DNA of 64,000 nucleotides from Amoebidium appalachense (Eukaryota; Protista; Ichthyosporea): NCBI GenBank assembly GCA_963693365.1, contig CAVNZM010000004.1, positions 6,795,093 to 6,859,092 of the forward strand, read 5' to 3'. Shown piece by piece: positions 25,353 to 38,133 of this stretch (position 1 is its first letter; each line of letters starts with the position of its first letter). The notes under the pieces were generated by a model. It saw only the letters and a program-made list of their open reading frames with translations, ran no database searches and was not told where the DNA came from. The position numbers and the translations under genes were made by a program.

Positions 25353-26327
25353 ATGTTTTTGCCTCGTATTTTCTGCGCTTTGTGCGTCAGTTTCTTGTTG
25401 TGCTCCGGTGCTCCTTTGGAGAAAAACGATGAAGTAAATGCCGTCGTTGCGGCAGATCCAAACCAAAATGCCGTCACGAACGTTCAAGTTGTGCCCGTGG
25501 AGATGCACGCCCTTGCCGTGCGCGAGCCCAGCGAAGTAGCCAAGTTTCGCGCTCGCCGTGGTATTTCCATCTCTACGACGCAACTTATCAGCCTTGTGTC
25601 GACATTTGCAGGCTACATTTCCAGCATCAAATGGTCCAACAAAGACGACGTGAAAACTGTCATCAACAACATTTTGCAGGGGCTTGGCTCTCTCGACACC
25701 ACCCTGATCAAGCTTTTCCTCTCCGCTGTCACCTCTTCCACCTACGGCATCAAGGCAACTTCACTCAGCGCCCTTGTCACCGTTTCGAACGACTTCAAAA
25801 CTTTTACCAGTTTTCTCTCCGGTGCCCTCGTCTCGCAGACAATCAAAGGAACAACATACGCCATTGCATACTCAGCCACCATCGCCAAGTACGCCATCAC
25901 CATTTTCGCCAAGCTTTACTCACAGGGTGTCACCAACATCATTTCGTTTATCTCTGCCGTTGCCAAATCTGCCAACAAGCTCTCTACCGGAGTTGAAGCC
26001 GTTGGGGGTGTGTTTACACTTCTCATTATCGGAATCATGTTTTCGTCTATGGCCGGAAGCGGCTCGAATTTCTACGGTGGGTCTGGCTCGTGTGGTGGTT
26101 ACGACAAGAACACACAAGCCTACTGCAGCTCCGTTCTTCAAGATGCCATGAGTCTTACAGGTGTCAAGGATCCTTGTCTTGTGAGCATTTTCGCTGCCGC
26201 CCAGTCCGCCTACAACGCATATTACTACATTGCTTGGGACGCTAACTCGGCTGCTGCATGCTCATCGTATCAGAGCGTGCTCTGCGCAATGAACAAAAGC
26301 CCTGTTGTTGGCTGCAACGGTGTTTAA
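25353..26327 (+). CDS. Intronless 324-aa secreted pre-pro-protein of unknown family
   Basis: Clean non-repetitive ORF with C-ending codon bias. Signal-peptide-like residues 1-19/20, polar pro-segment, RARR at 66-69, amphipathic S/T/A/I/K-rich body, hydrophobic AVGGVFTLLIIGIMFSSMAG, six C-terminal Cys. Confidence 0.85.
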   Translation: MFLPRIFCALCVSFLLCSGAPLEKNDEVNAVVAADPNQNAVTNVQVVPVEMHALAVREPSEVAKFRARRGISISTTQLISLVSTFAGYISSIKWSNKDDVKTVINNILQGLGSLDTTLIKLFLSAVTSSTYGIKATSLSALVTVSNDFKTFTSFLSGALVSQTIKGTTYAIAYSATIAKYAITIFAKLYSQGVTNIISFISAVAKSANKLSTGVEAVGGVFTLLIIGIMFSSMAGSGSNFYGGSGSCGGYDKNTQAYCSSVLQDAMSLTGVKDPCLVSIFAAAQSAYNAYYYIAWDANSAAACSSYQSVLCAMNKSPVVGCNGV

Positions 26328-26335
26328 ATAAGCTA

Positions 26336-27351
26336 CAGTATGCGTCCGCGCGTAACATACTCCGCGCACAACATAACGTCGACGCCGATTTTCAAAAAAA
26401 ATAACATACTGACCTCGGTCATTTTTCGGGATTATGTTAGCGCACCAAGGGGTCCTATACATAGTAGGACGAGTAATCGGGTTTATCTGATCAGTTTAGA
26501 CCCCCTATCTTTAGTATTTCGATCTCTTTCCCAGACAAAACAGTGGTTCGCCGTGATTTCAGCGACCGCCCAAAGCTCGCCAGGGCCAATGATAGGTGAC
26601 AGGGCGGCGGCCGCACATCGCATGGTATGCAAAGGACTCATGTGGCCGACTATGTCGATAAACGAGCAGAAACATACGAAGGCCCCAACTAGTTCGAAGC
26701 AGTCTTGTATAGCTAGTTTTTACATCCTAGTCATATAGGCAGGTTGAATGCATATTAAACCCACCGATCATGACCAAGCCAGTAGTCCAGGTGCAGGCAG
26801 CTGCACTTGGGGCGTTGAATAGTGCACTGCACACAGTAAATGAGGCCACAGACAAGTTTCAGGAAACTACCCAAGAAGCCCAGGCAATCATTTCTGAGGG
26901 TTTTGTAAACGCAAACAACACAATCAACAACGCAACCACACGTGCAATTGCACAAGCCGAAACGGCAAAAGCACAATTGCGCTCGCACATGGAGAGTTTA
27001 GAGAGCCGCAGAGCCCCCACACGCGCGGAATCGCTGAAAAAGGCTGCCAGTAAGCCTGGGCAGAAGACGATGTTCGATTTTGGGTGCATGGGTGTGAGAT
27101 CTTGCGCAGGTTTAGTTTGGTGGGCTGGCTGCGTGGGGTGATAGTGGGTGGTGCCCAGAAAAGGGGTTTCTTTTCCGTGTGAGTTACGGTAATGGTTTGG
27201 AGCTTGATGAAACCCTGAATACGGATTTGTATGAGGCGAAGGGGGAGGGGTTGCCTCTTACTCGTGTAGGTGTGTGGTGCCAAATTCGTAAGGTGTGAGA
27301 GTAAGGTGTGAGGGAGCAGAAAGACTAGTACGTCCTTGTTTGTATGAGTTG

Positions 27352-27387
<36 letters not shown>

Positions 27388-27562
27388 CTTTTTTGGTTTG
27401 GTCCCCTTGAAAAAGTTAGTATGTTTTTATTATTATTTGAATCAATTACTTATTGATTTCCTCTATATTTACTTATTTAGCGGGTTGGGGAGGAGGGGAG
27501 GGGGGTGGGGGGGGGGGACTTGATGTACTAAATGCTAGACTTTCAAGTATTGATTTAGATTT

Positions 27563-27623
<61 letters not shown>

Positions 27624-27687
27624 CACACACACACACACACATAGGCTTTCACGCTTTCAGCTTCTTCTTCTTCTTTTTTTTTTTCAA

Positions 27688-27718
<31 letters not shown>

Positions 27719-28090
27719 CCGAATTTCCCTTTTTTTTTTTTTCACCATCTCAAAAAGGAACTAGTATAAGTATTCTTTGTTTATTCATTCATTTGATCAA
27801 TTATTTGTTTACTACTATATTTATGTCATTTAGCGGTTTGCGGATTCCCCGCCCGATGGAGAGGCCCAGTGTGGCCTCCTGGGCGGGGAGGGCGGGCGGG
27901 CGGGGGGGGGGGGGGGGGGGGGGAGGGGGGGGGGGGAGGAGGGGGGGGGAGGGGGGGGGGGGGGGAGGGGGGGGGCCGGGGTAACATAATCGAGACGGGC
28001 TCTGGGAGCCTATTTTTAGATACTAATTAAAATTTAACATAACGACCTCGACCCTTATCGGGGCGGTATGTTACGCGCGGACGCATACTG
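26336..28090 (+). mobile_element. Non-autonomous Tc1/mariner-superfamily (pogo-like) element, 1755 bp
   Basis: Perfect 25-bp TIR CAGTATGCGTCCGCGCGTAACATAC with TA on both sides (26334-26335 and 28091-28092). Confidence 0.93.
26770..27141 (+). CDS. Helical ORF inside the transposon with a PIP-box-like motif (possible transposase C-terminus or cargo)
   Basis: Ala/Gln/Thr-rich heptad-like stretch followed by KPGQKTMFDFG. Confidence 0.45.
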   Translation: MTKPVVQVQAAALGALNSALHTVNEATDKFQETTQEAQAIISEGFVNANNTINNATTRAIAQAETAKAQLRSHMESLESRRAPTRAESLKKAASKPGQKTMFDFGCMGVRSCAGLVWWAGCVG

Positions 28091-28504
28091 TAGTGATGTA
28101 ATGGTTGGTCAAAAACTCTTGCTAGTGGGGTGACTTTTTTAGCGCTACGCATACTAAAACTATCGTCTTGAAGCCTTAGGAGTGCATTATAAACAAATTG
28201 TGGAAATTTCCACAGGACATAAACTGCAAAAAAATGTAACAAGCAACTTGGCATGCAGAAATACAGAAATAATCGTGTGACACTGTATATGTTGAGCCTG
28301 AAAAGTTTCATTATATAGCCTACAGTGGCCTTTACTCATACTGCGTGTGTACAGCACGTTCGCGTTGCCAAATCGCAGAAAATTGGGTTGATGTTGGTGA
28401 TGACAATAAAGTACCATGAAAATCAGTGATGCAGACTGTCTGCCGTGTGGACATGCTGTCACTCTCAAGAATTCAGGTCATGAAACGGCCTGCCAGAGAA
28501 AGGT

Positions 28505-28543
<39 letters not shown>

Positions 28544-28670
28544 AGGGGGGGCAGAGAGAGAGAGGAGGCCGGGGGGGGGGGGGGGGGGGGGACTCTGAGA
28601 AGAGAGAGAGGAAGAGGAGAGAAAAGGGGGGGAGGAGGGGAGGAGAGAGAGAGCTGTAATGTGTGTGTGT

Positions 28671-28720
<50 letters not shown>

Positions 28721-31024
28721 CCGTGTGAACCATTAAAAATGAGAAGAGCGGGCTGGGAGTGAGAGAGAAGTGTGAGAGGGGGGAAAAGGGGGTGGAGAAA
28801 GAGAGTGGCAGAGAGCTGAGCTCAACGGAGGAGGAATGGGGAGGAGGGGGGAAGGGGGGAGGGGGGGGGGGGGGGGGGGGCTGAAATGATTCACTGGTCA
28901 GTATAAGAAACGGAGAGAAGGGGAGGGAGAAAGAGCGACAAACACAGAGATGGAGAGAGCCGGGGAACCGAGTCTCTACGTGAGTAGGAGCTAGAGAGAA
29001 GGAGAAGCGTAAGGGTGTGTGAAGAGGCCCTGGCGGAGGCCCCAGGCCTGGGGAATTGTGGATGCCGGGGGAGGGAGGAGGAGGGGGGGGGGGGGGGGGG
29101 GGGGGGTGATCATGATGCAGGAGTTACGGGTAGTAGCGGGACAAGAGGGAGGGGCTGGGGGGAAGCTGCTTGGGGGAGGGGGAAGGGGGACGGACGGAAG
29201 GTGGAAGGAGGGGGTGAGGGGAGAGAGAGGGGATCCGGAGGGGGGAGGAGGGGGGTGGACAGGGGTAACCACACATGTACACATTTTTGAGCCGGCGTTG
29301 TGCTTGCTCAGTATTATTGTGGTACTGATGTGGAGCTATCGGATAGTGGGTAAGCTGGCGTGGCAAATGCACAAATGCATGCATGAACAAGCACAAGCGC
29401 ACGTGTGCGCGCGCAAACACAAACCACACACAGGCGTCACACACACATACACACATACACACACGTGCACACATACACACTGGCACCCACACCCACACAC
29501 ATACACACGTGCACGTGCACACACCCCCACACACACACACACCGTGACGCACACACACAAAACCACATGTACGCACATGCACACACATGCCCGCACTAGT
29601 ACTATCGCACGATTGTGACGTGAACCCATCGCATTACTCTACACAAGTTTGATATAGATAAATGATCTGGCGGATCCCTCATCACCACATAACTGTCAAC
29701 GATGGTAACAATAGAGCTTGGTTCAGACCCCCCCCCCCCCCCCCCCCCTCCCCCCCCTCCAGCCCCCAACGATCCTCGTGCCCTTCATTCATTTGCCTCT
29801 AACCCGCCTGAAGACTCTTCTAACTTTCTCCTGCGGCAACTCCCAGGGAGTACCTGCCAACTATCAGTTCCGGTAGTACACATGAATTCGAAGCCAGGCT
29901 CGGGCATGATGCACATCACCGCCATCATCTTGAAACAAGATGGCCGTGATGCACATGCGTGCAAACACACTCACCAATCGTGCACGCAGAGCTTTCGTAG
30001 ACTACGCACAGCACGCACGCACACGCCATGTGCGCGCACACACAAACTCACACATGCAAGCACAAGCACGGACGACAAATACCATGCGCATCAGAAACGT
30101 GCTGGCGCACACACATGCACACATACACGCAAAATAAACATGCATACATACTATATTTTAGTTAGAAGACGCAACTAACACGCACATACACATAGCCAAG
30201 CACACCCGCCTGCCTATCCATCCGTTTATCTATCACATGTACTCACGCCACGCCCACCCAGCCACATAAACACAACACACAAAGAGAGATGTTTTAGCGT
30301 TTTGTGCAAAAACTTTGGCCCACGCTCGATACCACCTTGAGGCTAAGGTGCCACAAAGCTGACTTGACTAAATACAATGAATGCATAGAAGATCGACCGT
30401 CTGTCATGGTCCAAGTATCTAAAGTAAATTCTATACTGTTTCCGTGCATTCCGGGAGCTCAAGAATGCGACCGACCTCCACACTAGCTGTCCCTCTATCA
30501 TACGCGACGGTAGGCGGCCTCGGGCTGGAATGGCCATAGCGGCTCGCGGCACTCGGTACACGATAGGTGGATCTGACTTGCGCAAACATGACATCAGGGT
30601 CCTTCCCGCCCGCAGCGTTAGCCCTATGGAAGGAGGGACCTTTAAAGAACGTTTTACTCTTCTCCATTAATGTTTTCTTATTCGCCGCTTGCAGCCAATC
30701 ATATCAAGCATTAAGACAAAATATTCCTGCTGCAGCCGATAAAGCAAATAAAATTGCGCAATCTCAATTATTAACTTACAGCCAAATATCTAATTGCGCA
30801 ATCTCACTATTAGCTTACAGCCAATTATCTAACGCGTTTAACGTTTTTCTTTTTGTACCCACATATTACGGTAACATGGCGCCTTCCTTCTTCGAAGTTG
30901 TTCTGGTATCTTTAATACATGCGACTCCTGGGTTTTACACCAAACTGGGTAACTTATTTTTGGTCTCTAATTTTAGAAAATTTTAACATTTTTCGTACCT
31001 CTTTTTTATCAAGCACATTAATTT

Positions 31025-31218
31025 GGGGGGGTTTACGCTGTTTACTCGAGGCAAAGAACCAGTCTCAGGTATGGGGGGGGTTTTTGCTCGGAATATCCCC
31101 TCAGCGGTATATCATGATCACGTACATAGATGTCGGGTGGTGACTATATATCAGGGTTTACTTTCTCTACGAGACACCATAAAGACTATAAGGAGAAATC
31201 AATTAGTTGGGGTTCCCC

Positions 31219-31258
<40 letters not shown>

Positions 31259-31290
31259 GGGCTCCCCTCGGGACACTCGGTATCAGCTGG

Positions 31291-31355
<65 letters not shown>

Positions 31356-31648
31356 TGCGCTATAATTTTGTAGTGATGTGTTTCTCAAGCCAATCAATAC
31401 ATTTAATAAACAGGTCGTAGTTACGCGTGTTTAGTATAAAATCAAGGATGTTGTAATTTACAGGTAGGCTATCTTTCTGGGTGTCTGTTGTGAATGTGAC
31501 GTGTGTGTGTTGCGGTATTATGTGGTCTATCAAACTACATTTGGCGATACATGACCGGTTAAACTGGTGTGTGTGTGTGTTGTTTGGGCATGCAAATGAT
31601 GCCACCTTATACTTATTAGATCTCCACTGTATAGCACGTGTACAGTAA
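31025..31648 (-). mobile_element. 5'-truncated second copy of the same non-LTR retrotransposon (3' end only)
   Basis: Reverse complement aligns with 17215-17863 with scattered substitutions. Open frame YCTRAIQWRSNKYKVASFACPNNTHTHQFNRSCIAKC...YNILDFILNTRNYDLFIKCIDWL. Confidence 0.85.
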
Positions 31649-32873
31649 CCGCGCCAAATGTTTCTTATTTAATTAGATAAACGAACCAATCAAAACCACA
31701 AAACTCCGAACTATTTACTTACATTAAAATGACTTACGTTTTGATTTGCACCTGCAACCAGCACTTTAAAGCAACCCAGTGCTGGTCCGAATACCATACA
31801 CCACCCCCCTGGATCAAGTTTCCCCCGTATAACGAAATTTTGTGTATAAGTTACGTATAAGGTTACTACGTACAGTCGCAACTAAACAGCATAAGTTACC
31901 TACGTTTAAAACAATCACCCCGCCAACCCGCATATCCTACGCGTGATACTTATTCTCTTCCATCGAGAGCACTTTTTGCATGGCGTGGTTGTCAGGGCTT
32001 TTTTCACTGTGTTGGGGAAAAAACGTTTCTGAAAAAAAGATGATCGGCATAGACTCGTACGGTCCACTGTATTTTTGTTAGTTGGTTTGCCTGTCAGGGC
32101 ATTGTTCTGTTCCACCATGCCACCTCGCCCTCCACCAAGCGACGACATTACACAGCTATGATGTTATCTGTTTTTGTGCTGATGTTCCCAAAAATCCCAG
32201 ATTCCGTTTCCCTGAACACCAGTTCCCTCGAACGGCTGACACCCGCTCCGGCACACCTGTTTCCGTGCTTTGCACGTAATATAGCAGAATGTAGTCAACT
32301 GTTATTTACCAATGTACCCCCTGGTGCATGCCCCACCTGCTTGAACTTGCAGCAGGCGAATTTCACCAGGCTCTTGCAAAAGGCGAACTCGACCACATCA
32401 AATTTTCCAGCCATACCGAAGTTATCCAATTGTTAGCAGAAACTGAGTCAAAATAGCTCACGCAAGAACTATTATCCACTGCAACACAAATTCGCTCACA
32501 TTTTGCTACTGCTAACTTTGACGGTCCTTTTGCTTGCACATAGAGAGAAGCCAGAACCATATCAGAATCAACAATTTCACCCAAAACGACTTTGTTCCCC
32601 CGTTGGCGGGACTAGAAAAAAGAAAGCACGAAGAACAGGGAATATTTTGCCGATGCCTGTCACATTTCCAGGTGCATCATTTTGGTCGGGCCATCGGTGC
32701 TTTCCATCGAAGTAAAACAAGGTGCGAAGCATGCATGGTGGTGAAGGAGGTACCGCAGCGAATGAAGTTTGGTCGCTGCCTTCTGCCAACACTTTGCAAC
32801 AACAAGTCTTTCATAGTAAACTTTAGCTTTTGCTTCGGATATTTTTCTCCCCCCCTCCCCCTCCCCCCCCCCC

Positions 32874-32921
<48 letters not shown>

Positions 32922-33098
32922 ACCACCACCACCACCAACCCCCCCATCCCCGGCAGATCTCAACCAACTTGAGGCATGGACCCATGATTCCGACATTGTC
33001 GACGTCCATGAAAGTTGGCAAGTTGGCAAGGCCTTACACTTAACTTTCCCTCTCGCGTGCCCATGTGGAAGCGGGGCCCACGAAGCCCCGCGTTGCCT

Positions 33099-33132
<34 letters not shown>

Positions 33133-33860
33133 TTCCCCCCAGTAACGCAAGTGCCCATGTGAGAGCGGGGCCCCTGGTTGCTTTACAAAATCCCCCCTTC
33201 CCCTTCCCCTCCCCAACCGGGCTCCCTCCCCCTCCCTCCCCCCCTCCCCCCCCCCCCCCCCCCCCCACCCCCACCCCCACCGGGCCACCTCCACCCCTAC
33301 CACCCACCCCCCTTCCTTTTCCCCACTGCAGCTGCATTATCCGTTGCAAAGTCAAGCCTTTCAAACATTTTATTGAGGGTGACAACTCTTTATTATCATT
33401 TCCCTTCAAATGTGCCCAGGTGGAAGTGGGGCCGCCGGGGGCCCCGCGTTGCCCTGCAAAATCTAGTATTATCTGTGGTGCACCTGCTACTGTTCATGCC
33501 TACTGCAACGCAGCATCCCGCATATACCGTCTGTTCACAAGGCTACTCTATTAGTTTGCCAAGTTCAGCTTGAGGTCACGCTAGCGCGGCCCGCGCGGGG
33601 GATGGCCCCTTCTTGCGGCTGAGCCAGCCGAAATCATCCCGGAAGGTGGCTCAGCTGGAGCCCCCTAACCCACCCCCCCAATTTCACCCCTCCACCAAAG
33701 TAAATTACAGAAAGCCTAAATAACACGTGCACTTACGATTTTGCCCGCTGGTGTCCTTTGTCACTTGTCGCTTTATTTCGTAGCTTTGGCTTTTTCAGTT
33801 CTATTGGTGGTTATGTAGCCTGTGGCTGCACGTTGCCTTCATCAACGGATCAATAAATCA

Positions 33861-34005
33861 GGAGTCATGGGGCGAGTGGCCGAGCGAGACCGAAGTTATT
33901 TCGGCGAGCCGTCGGTTATTTTGGCGAGCCGATAGGCGAGCCAAAATAATCGACAAGGCGAGCCGAAATAACGAGGTCGAGCGAGGACACGAGCCGACAT
34001 GATCC
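33861..34005. repeat. Long imperfect palindrome with repeated GGCGAGCC motifs
   Basis: Arm pairs gttatttcggc/gccgaaataac and gtcggttattttggc/gccaaaataatcgac; CGAG motifs at mirrored positions. Confidence 0.8.
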
Positions 34006-35365
34006 GGTTACGATATGACCCATAAAGATTTAGCATTCACTTTATTGATACATTATGCAAACTTTAACTCGGTTATTTGATTCATATATCATTACATTCA
34101 CATTTCAGGCTCATTTTCCTTTGATTGGCTAGCAGCGCACTCACCCATTAACCCGGTTATTCGATTCCTCTAACCCAATAGAAATGTCCATAGCCTGGTT
34201 ATTTCGGTGAGTGCGCTCTAGGCCAATCACGGCAAGACTAACTGAAGTTAAAGGTCGTGTCGTCATCCAATCAGATCACACCCCGACGCACGGAATATCG
34301 TAACCCGAGTCAAAAGAAGAAACCACCCAAACGATCTTCATCGATTGACGGAATTCTCACAATTTGGGAAGAGTTTTCCTTACACCATATATTTTTTTTG
34401 CTCCGCTGCACCATTTTAAAATCTAAGATAAAGAATTATATTATATCGATTATCTTTTTTTTTTTTTATTCTTCCAGCCGGCGAAGGCTGCGATCGTACG
34501 GCTGGCAGCTAAAATACACTGTGAAGCCAGCTGGCACTTGAACTGACCGGCGCCGTGGAGGACTGGTGCACGGCCATCTAGAGACTGCCGTGGACTGGTG
34601 TAATAGATTCACAGATGAAGGATTTATAGACCAATATAACATTGTTGTTAAAATGTTTGAAGCATTTATCATAGTAGCCTGAGACCAGTTACGCTATACC
34701 TTGGTTGCCTGATAAGCAACCAATTATTAACGAATATGGAGATATTTCATCCTGCAGTAAGGTTCATAAGGCTAAATAACAAACAAACATAACCTAAATA
34801 TCGGATGGTACAAGAGTGGCAAATTTAATGTGCAAATAGACCTTGCAGCATGTACTGTAGGCACATATCGGGATAGAATGGTAGCATTCCTCGAAATTCT
34901 CGAATGCGGCAAATCGCGTTGACTATTGGGCATGCGCCAATCAACAGCTCGTGCCGATCTGGATTGGATAGCACTGACCAATTATATGAGCTACCAGAAA
35001 GCAGCGCACTATATAAAGCATCAGCTGCGAAGTTCGCTGTTTCAGTTTCTCCAAGAACGCAATGTTTTCTGTAGGGGTGTGCGCTTGTTTCAGTTGGCTT
35101 CGGCTTCTCTTTCTCAAGTTCGGTTGAACAAGGTTCAGGAAGCGAGGATTCGTGCAGTTGATTAGGAGATATTAGCCCGAAGTCAAATTTTAGCTACCTG
35201 ACCAGTAATAATATTACGTGTAAAGCTGGAAAGCTGACTCGTCGGCAGGTAGCTGTTTCGAAAAGACAACCTGTGTAGGGACCCCTACCCACCAGTCATC
35301 TGCAAGTTCAATTCTTCTATCGATCAGACACCACAGAAGTCCTTTAGGAACGCTTGGCCGTCATC

Positions 35366-36557
35366 ATGACTGGAGATAGCGAGCTGAGCTTTTCTTTCGC
35401 CGGTGCAGGGTGAGTAGCTGGTTGAGTTCGTGTGCTGGGGTTGTGTGTTTCCGTGAAAGTGTTTTAGCATCAGCCAGCTTTAGGTGCTCTTACAAGAACA
35501 GCTAAATGAAAGAAAGTATAGAAGAAACTATGTGTGCCTTTATGGTCGAAACGGGTGCGGAAATGTACCCACTCTCTTGGTTTGTGTGTGTGTTCTTGTG
35601 TTTGTTCTGTTTACATGCTTGCTCATTTTTGCCCTCCCTGATGTTGTGATGCTGGGGCAAAAGTGGTGGTGTTGCTCTGTGTGTTTGTGAGCATCGGAGA
35701 CATCTTGTGGGGTTGTATTTGTGTTTTCTTGCTTGTTTGACACGATTGCTGACGTGCATTAGGTGCAAAAACATATGGGTGTGCCTTCCTTAGTGGGTTG
35801 TGTTGAGTTAGTGGAAAGCACTGGTGTTTACACTGTCAAACTACTTGTGTCAGGTGGTTCTTGCTTGGCGAGTGTAGTGCATATATGTGCCTGCGTGGAT
35901 CCTTGCACCTGATCTGTATGGAGCTGCCGTAAGTGTACACGCGGGTCTATGTCAGTGCCTGTGCAGGTAGCTTGTACGTATTTCATGTGCCTTGCAACCT
36001 CCCTTGTTGTCTCTCTGCTGTGAGCAAGTGCATGGCTCGTGAACATGCAGTGTGCAAGGTGCCGTAGTGACGGGTATCCATGTATTGCAGGTGGCTGAAG
36101 ATGTACTACTTTGGGGTGGCGCATGCCTTCCAACAGTATGGGGTGCACAAGCACGCCCGCTTTGCTGGGTCGTCGGCTGGGGCGCTGGTGTCGTGTGCCC
36201 TTGTGCTGGACTGCGACATGCTGGAAGTCAGGGTGCATAGCCACGGGGTTGTGTGTTTTTTGTGGTTCGGTGGGTGGATGGCCGGGTGGCAGAGTGCATG
36301 GTGGTTTTTTAAAGGCAAAAGAAGGGGCACGGTGAGAACGGAAACAGAGGAGGAGAAAGGTTCAGGGGTATGAAGGAAGCAGTGCCCGGGGGGGGGGGGG
36401 GGGGGGGGGGGTGTTTGCGATTGCAGCTTGTATGCTTTCCGAACCATGTTCATTGTTCAAAGATGTTTACATTTACCACTTGCTTTTTTGCGGGCAAGCA
36501 CCGATATCATTTTCAGCTCCATGCCAGCCTTTACGTAAACACCCATCCCCCCCCCCC

Positions 36558-36590
<33 letters not shown>

Positions 36591-36623
36591 GGACCCGTTC
36601 TAGACCTCCACCTCCCTCCTGAA

Positions 36624-36719
<96 letters not shown>

Positions 36720-37266
36720 ACCCCCAACGCCCACCCACGCACACACATGGACTGACACAACCCCACACAGGACATTGCGTTGGCGTGCCTCGAGGACTGC
36801 CACAAGTCATACAGCAACGCATTCCGTCTGAAGAAGTACGTCACTGACGTTGTTGACAGCCAGTTGGGGGAGGAACGGTTTTTGAAGAGAAGGCAGGAGC
36901 TTGAGGACAGGCTCGAGATTGCAGTCACTATTCTGCCTGGCTGCCACAGTGTTAGGTACAAGAAGTTTGGCGACTATGAGAACTTCAAGAACATGCTCAT
37001 GGCATCGTGCTGCGCGACACCCATATGCGGGTTCCCGTTCAAGCTGGATGGGCAGTGGGTGTTTGATGGCGGCCTGGCTGACTTCCAGCCGCTGATTGAT
37101 GAGAATACAATCACTGTGTCTCCTTTCTACTTTCATAGGGCGGATATCAAGGTCGGTGGGTGGTTGTGTGTGTTTGTGTGTTTGTGTTTGTGTTTGTGTG
37201 TGTGTGTGGTGTGTGACACTGTGTGTTCCTTTTTCTTTGTTTCTTCTTTTTTTTTGTGTGTGTGCA

Positions 37267-37331
<65 letters not shown>

Positions 37332-37419
37332 CTGTGGTGGACGACGGGAGAAGGGGAGTCGCATTTCAAGGGGATATCCGGTACACGTACGAGGAGGTGT
37401 GCGTGTGTTGGGTGTGTGT

Positions 37420-37454
<35 letters not shown>

Positions 37455-37889
37455 ATTAGGGGCAATTTAGTTCATGTCTGAAGGCTGCATCTCCTTGCCC
37501 CACTACCTGCTTCCTATGCCGACAAAAGGGTGCTTTTTGTCCTGCCTATTCTCTAATTTGCTGTTCGTTTTAGCCTCACCTTTGCACACACACACCTCGC
37601 ACCTGCACACACACACCCACACCTTCTCATACGTTCTCTCTCCCCATGCAGCCATCGCAGTACGTGCCTGCACAGTGGGCAGCCTATCCGGGGACCAGGG
37701 AGGAGTTTGAGCGCCTGTTCCAGCTGGGCTATGACGATGCTGAGGCATGGCTGGCTGCAAACGGGGTGATGGCCCCAGCATCATACCGCCCCCCTGCCTG
37801 GGCCACACGTAGGAGGTCTCTGCCTATGCCTAGGCGCATGTCCATGGGCAGGTATGGGCCAAGCAACTGAACTATTATCTCCCCCACCC

Positions 37890-37920
<31 letters not shown>

Positions 37921-38096
37921 ACGTACACACACACCACCACCACCACCACCACTACCACCCCACCAATCAAAAGAAGGTTGGTTTTTTTCCCGGGGGGTGT
38001 GTTTGTGTGTGTGTGTGGGGGGGGGGGGGGGGGGGGGGGAGGGGAAGGGAGGGAGGGGGTTGGGGGAGAGAAAGAAAGAAATAGAGAAAAAGATGA

Positions 38097-38133
<37 letters not shown>

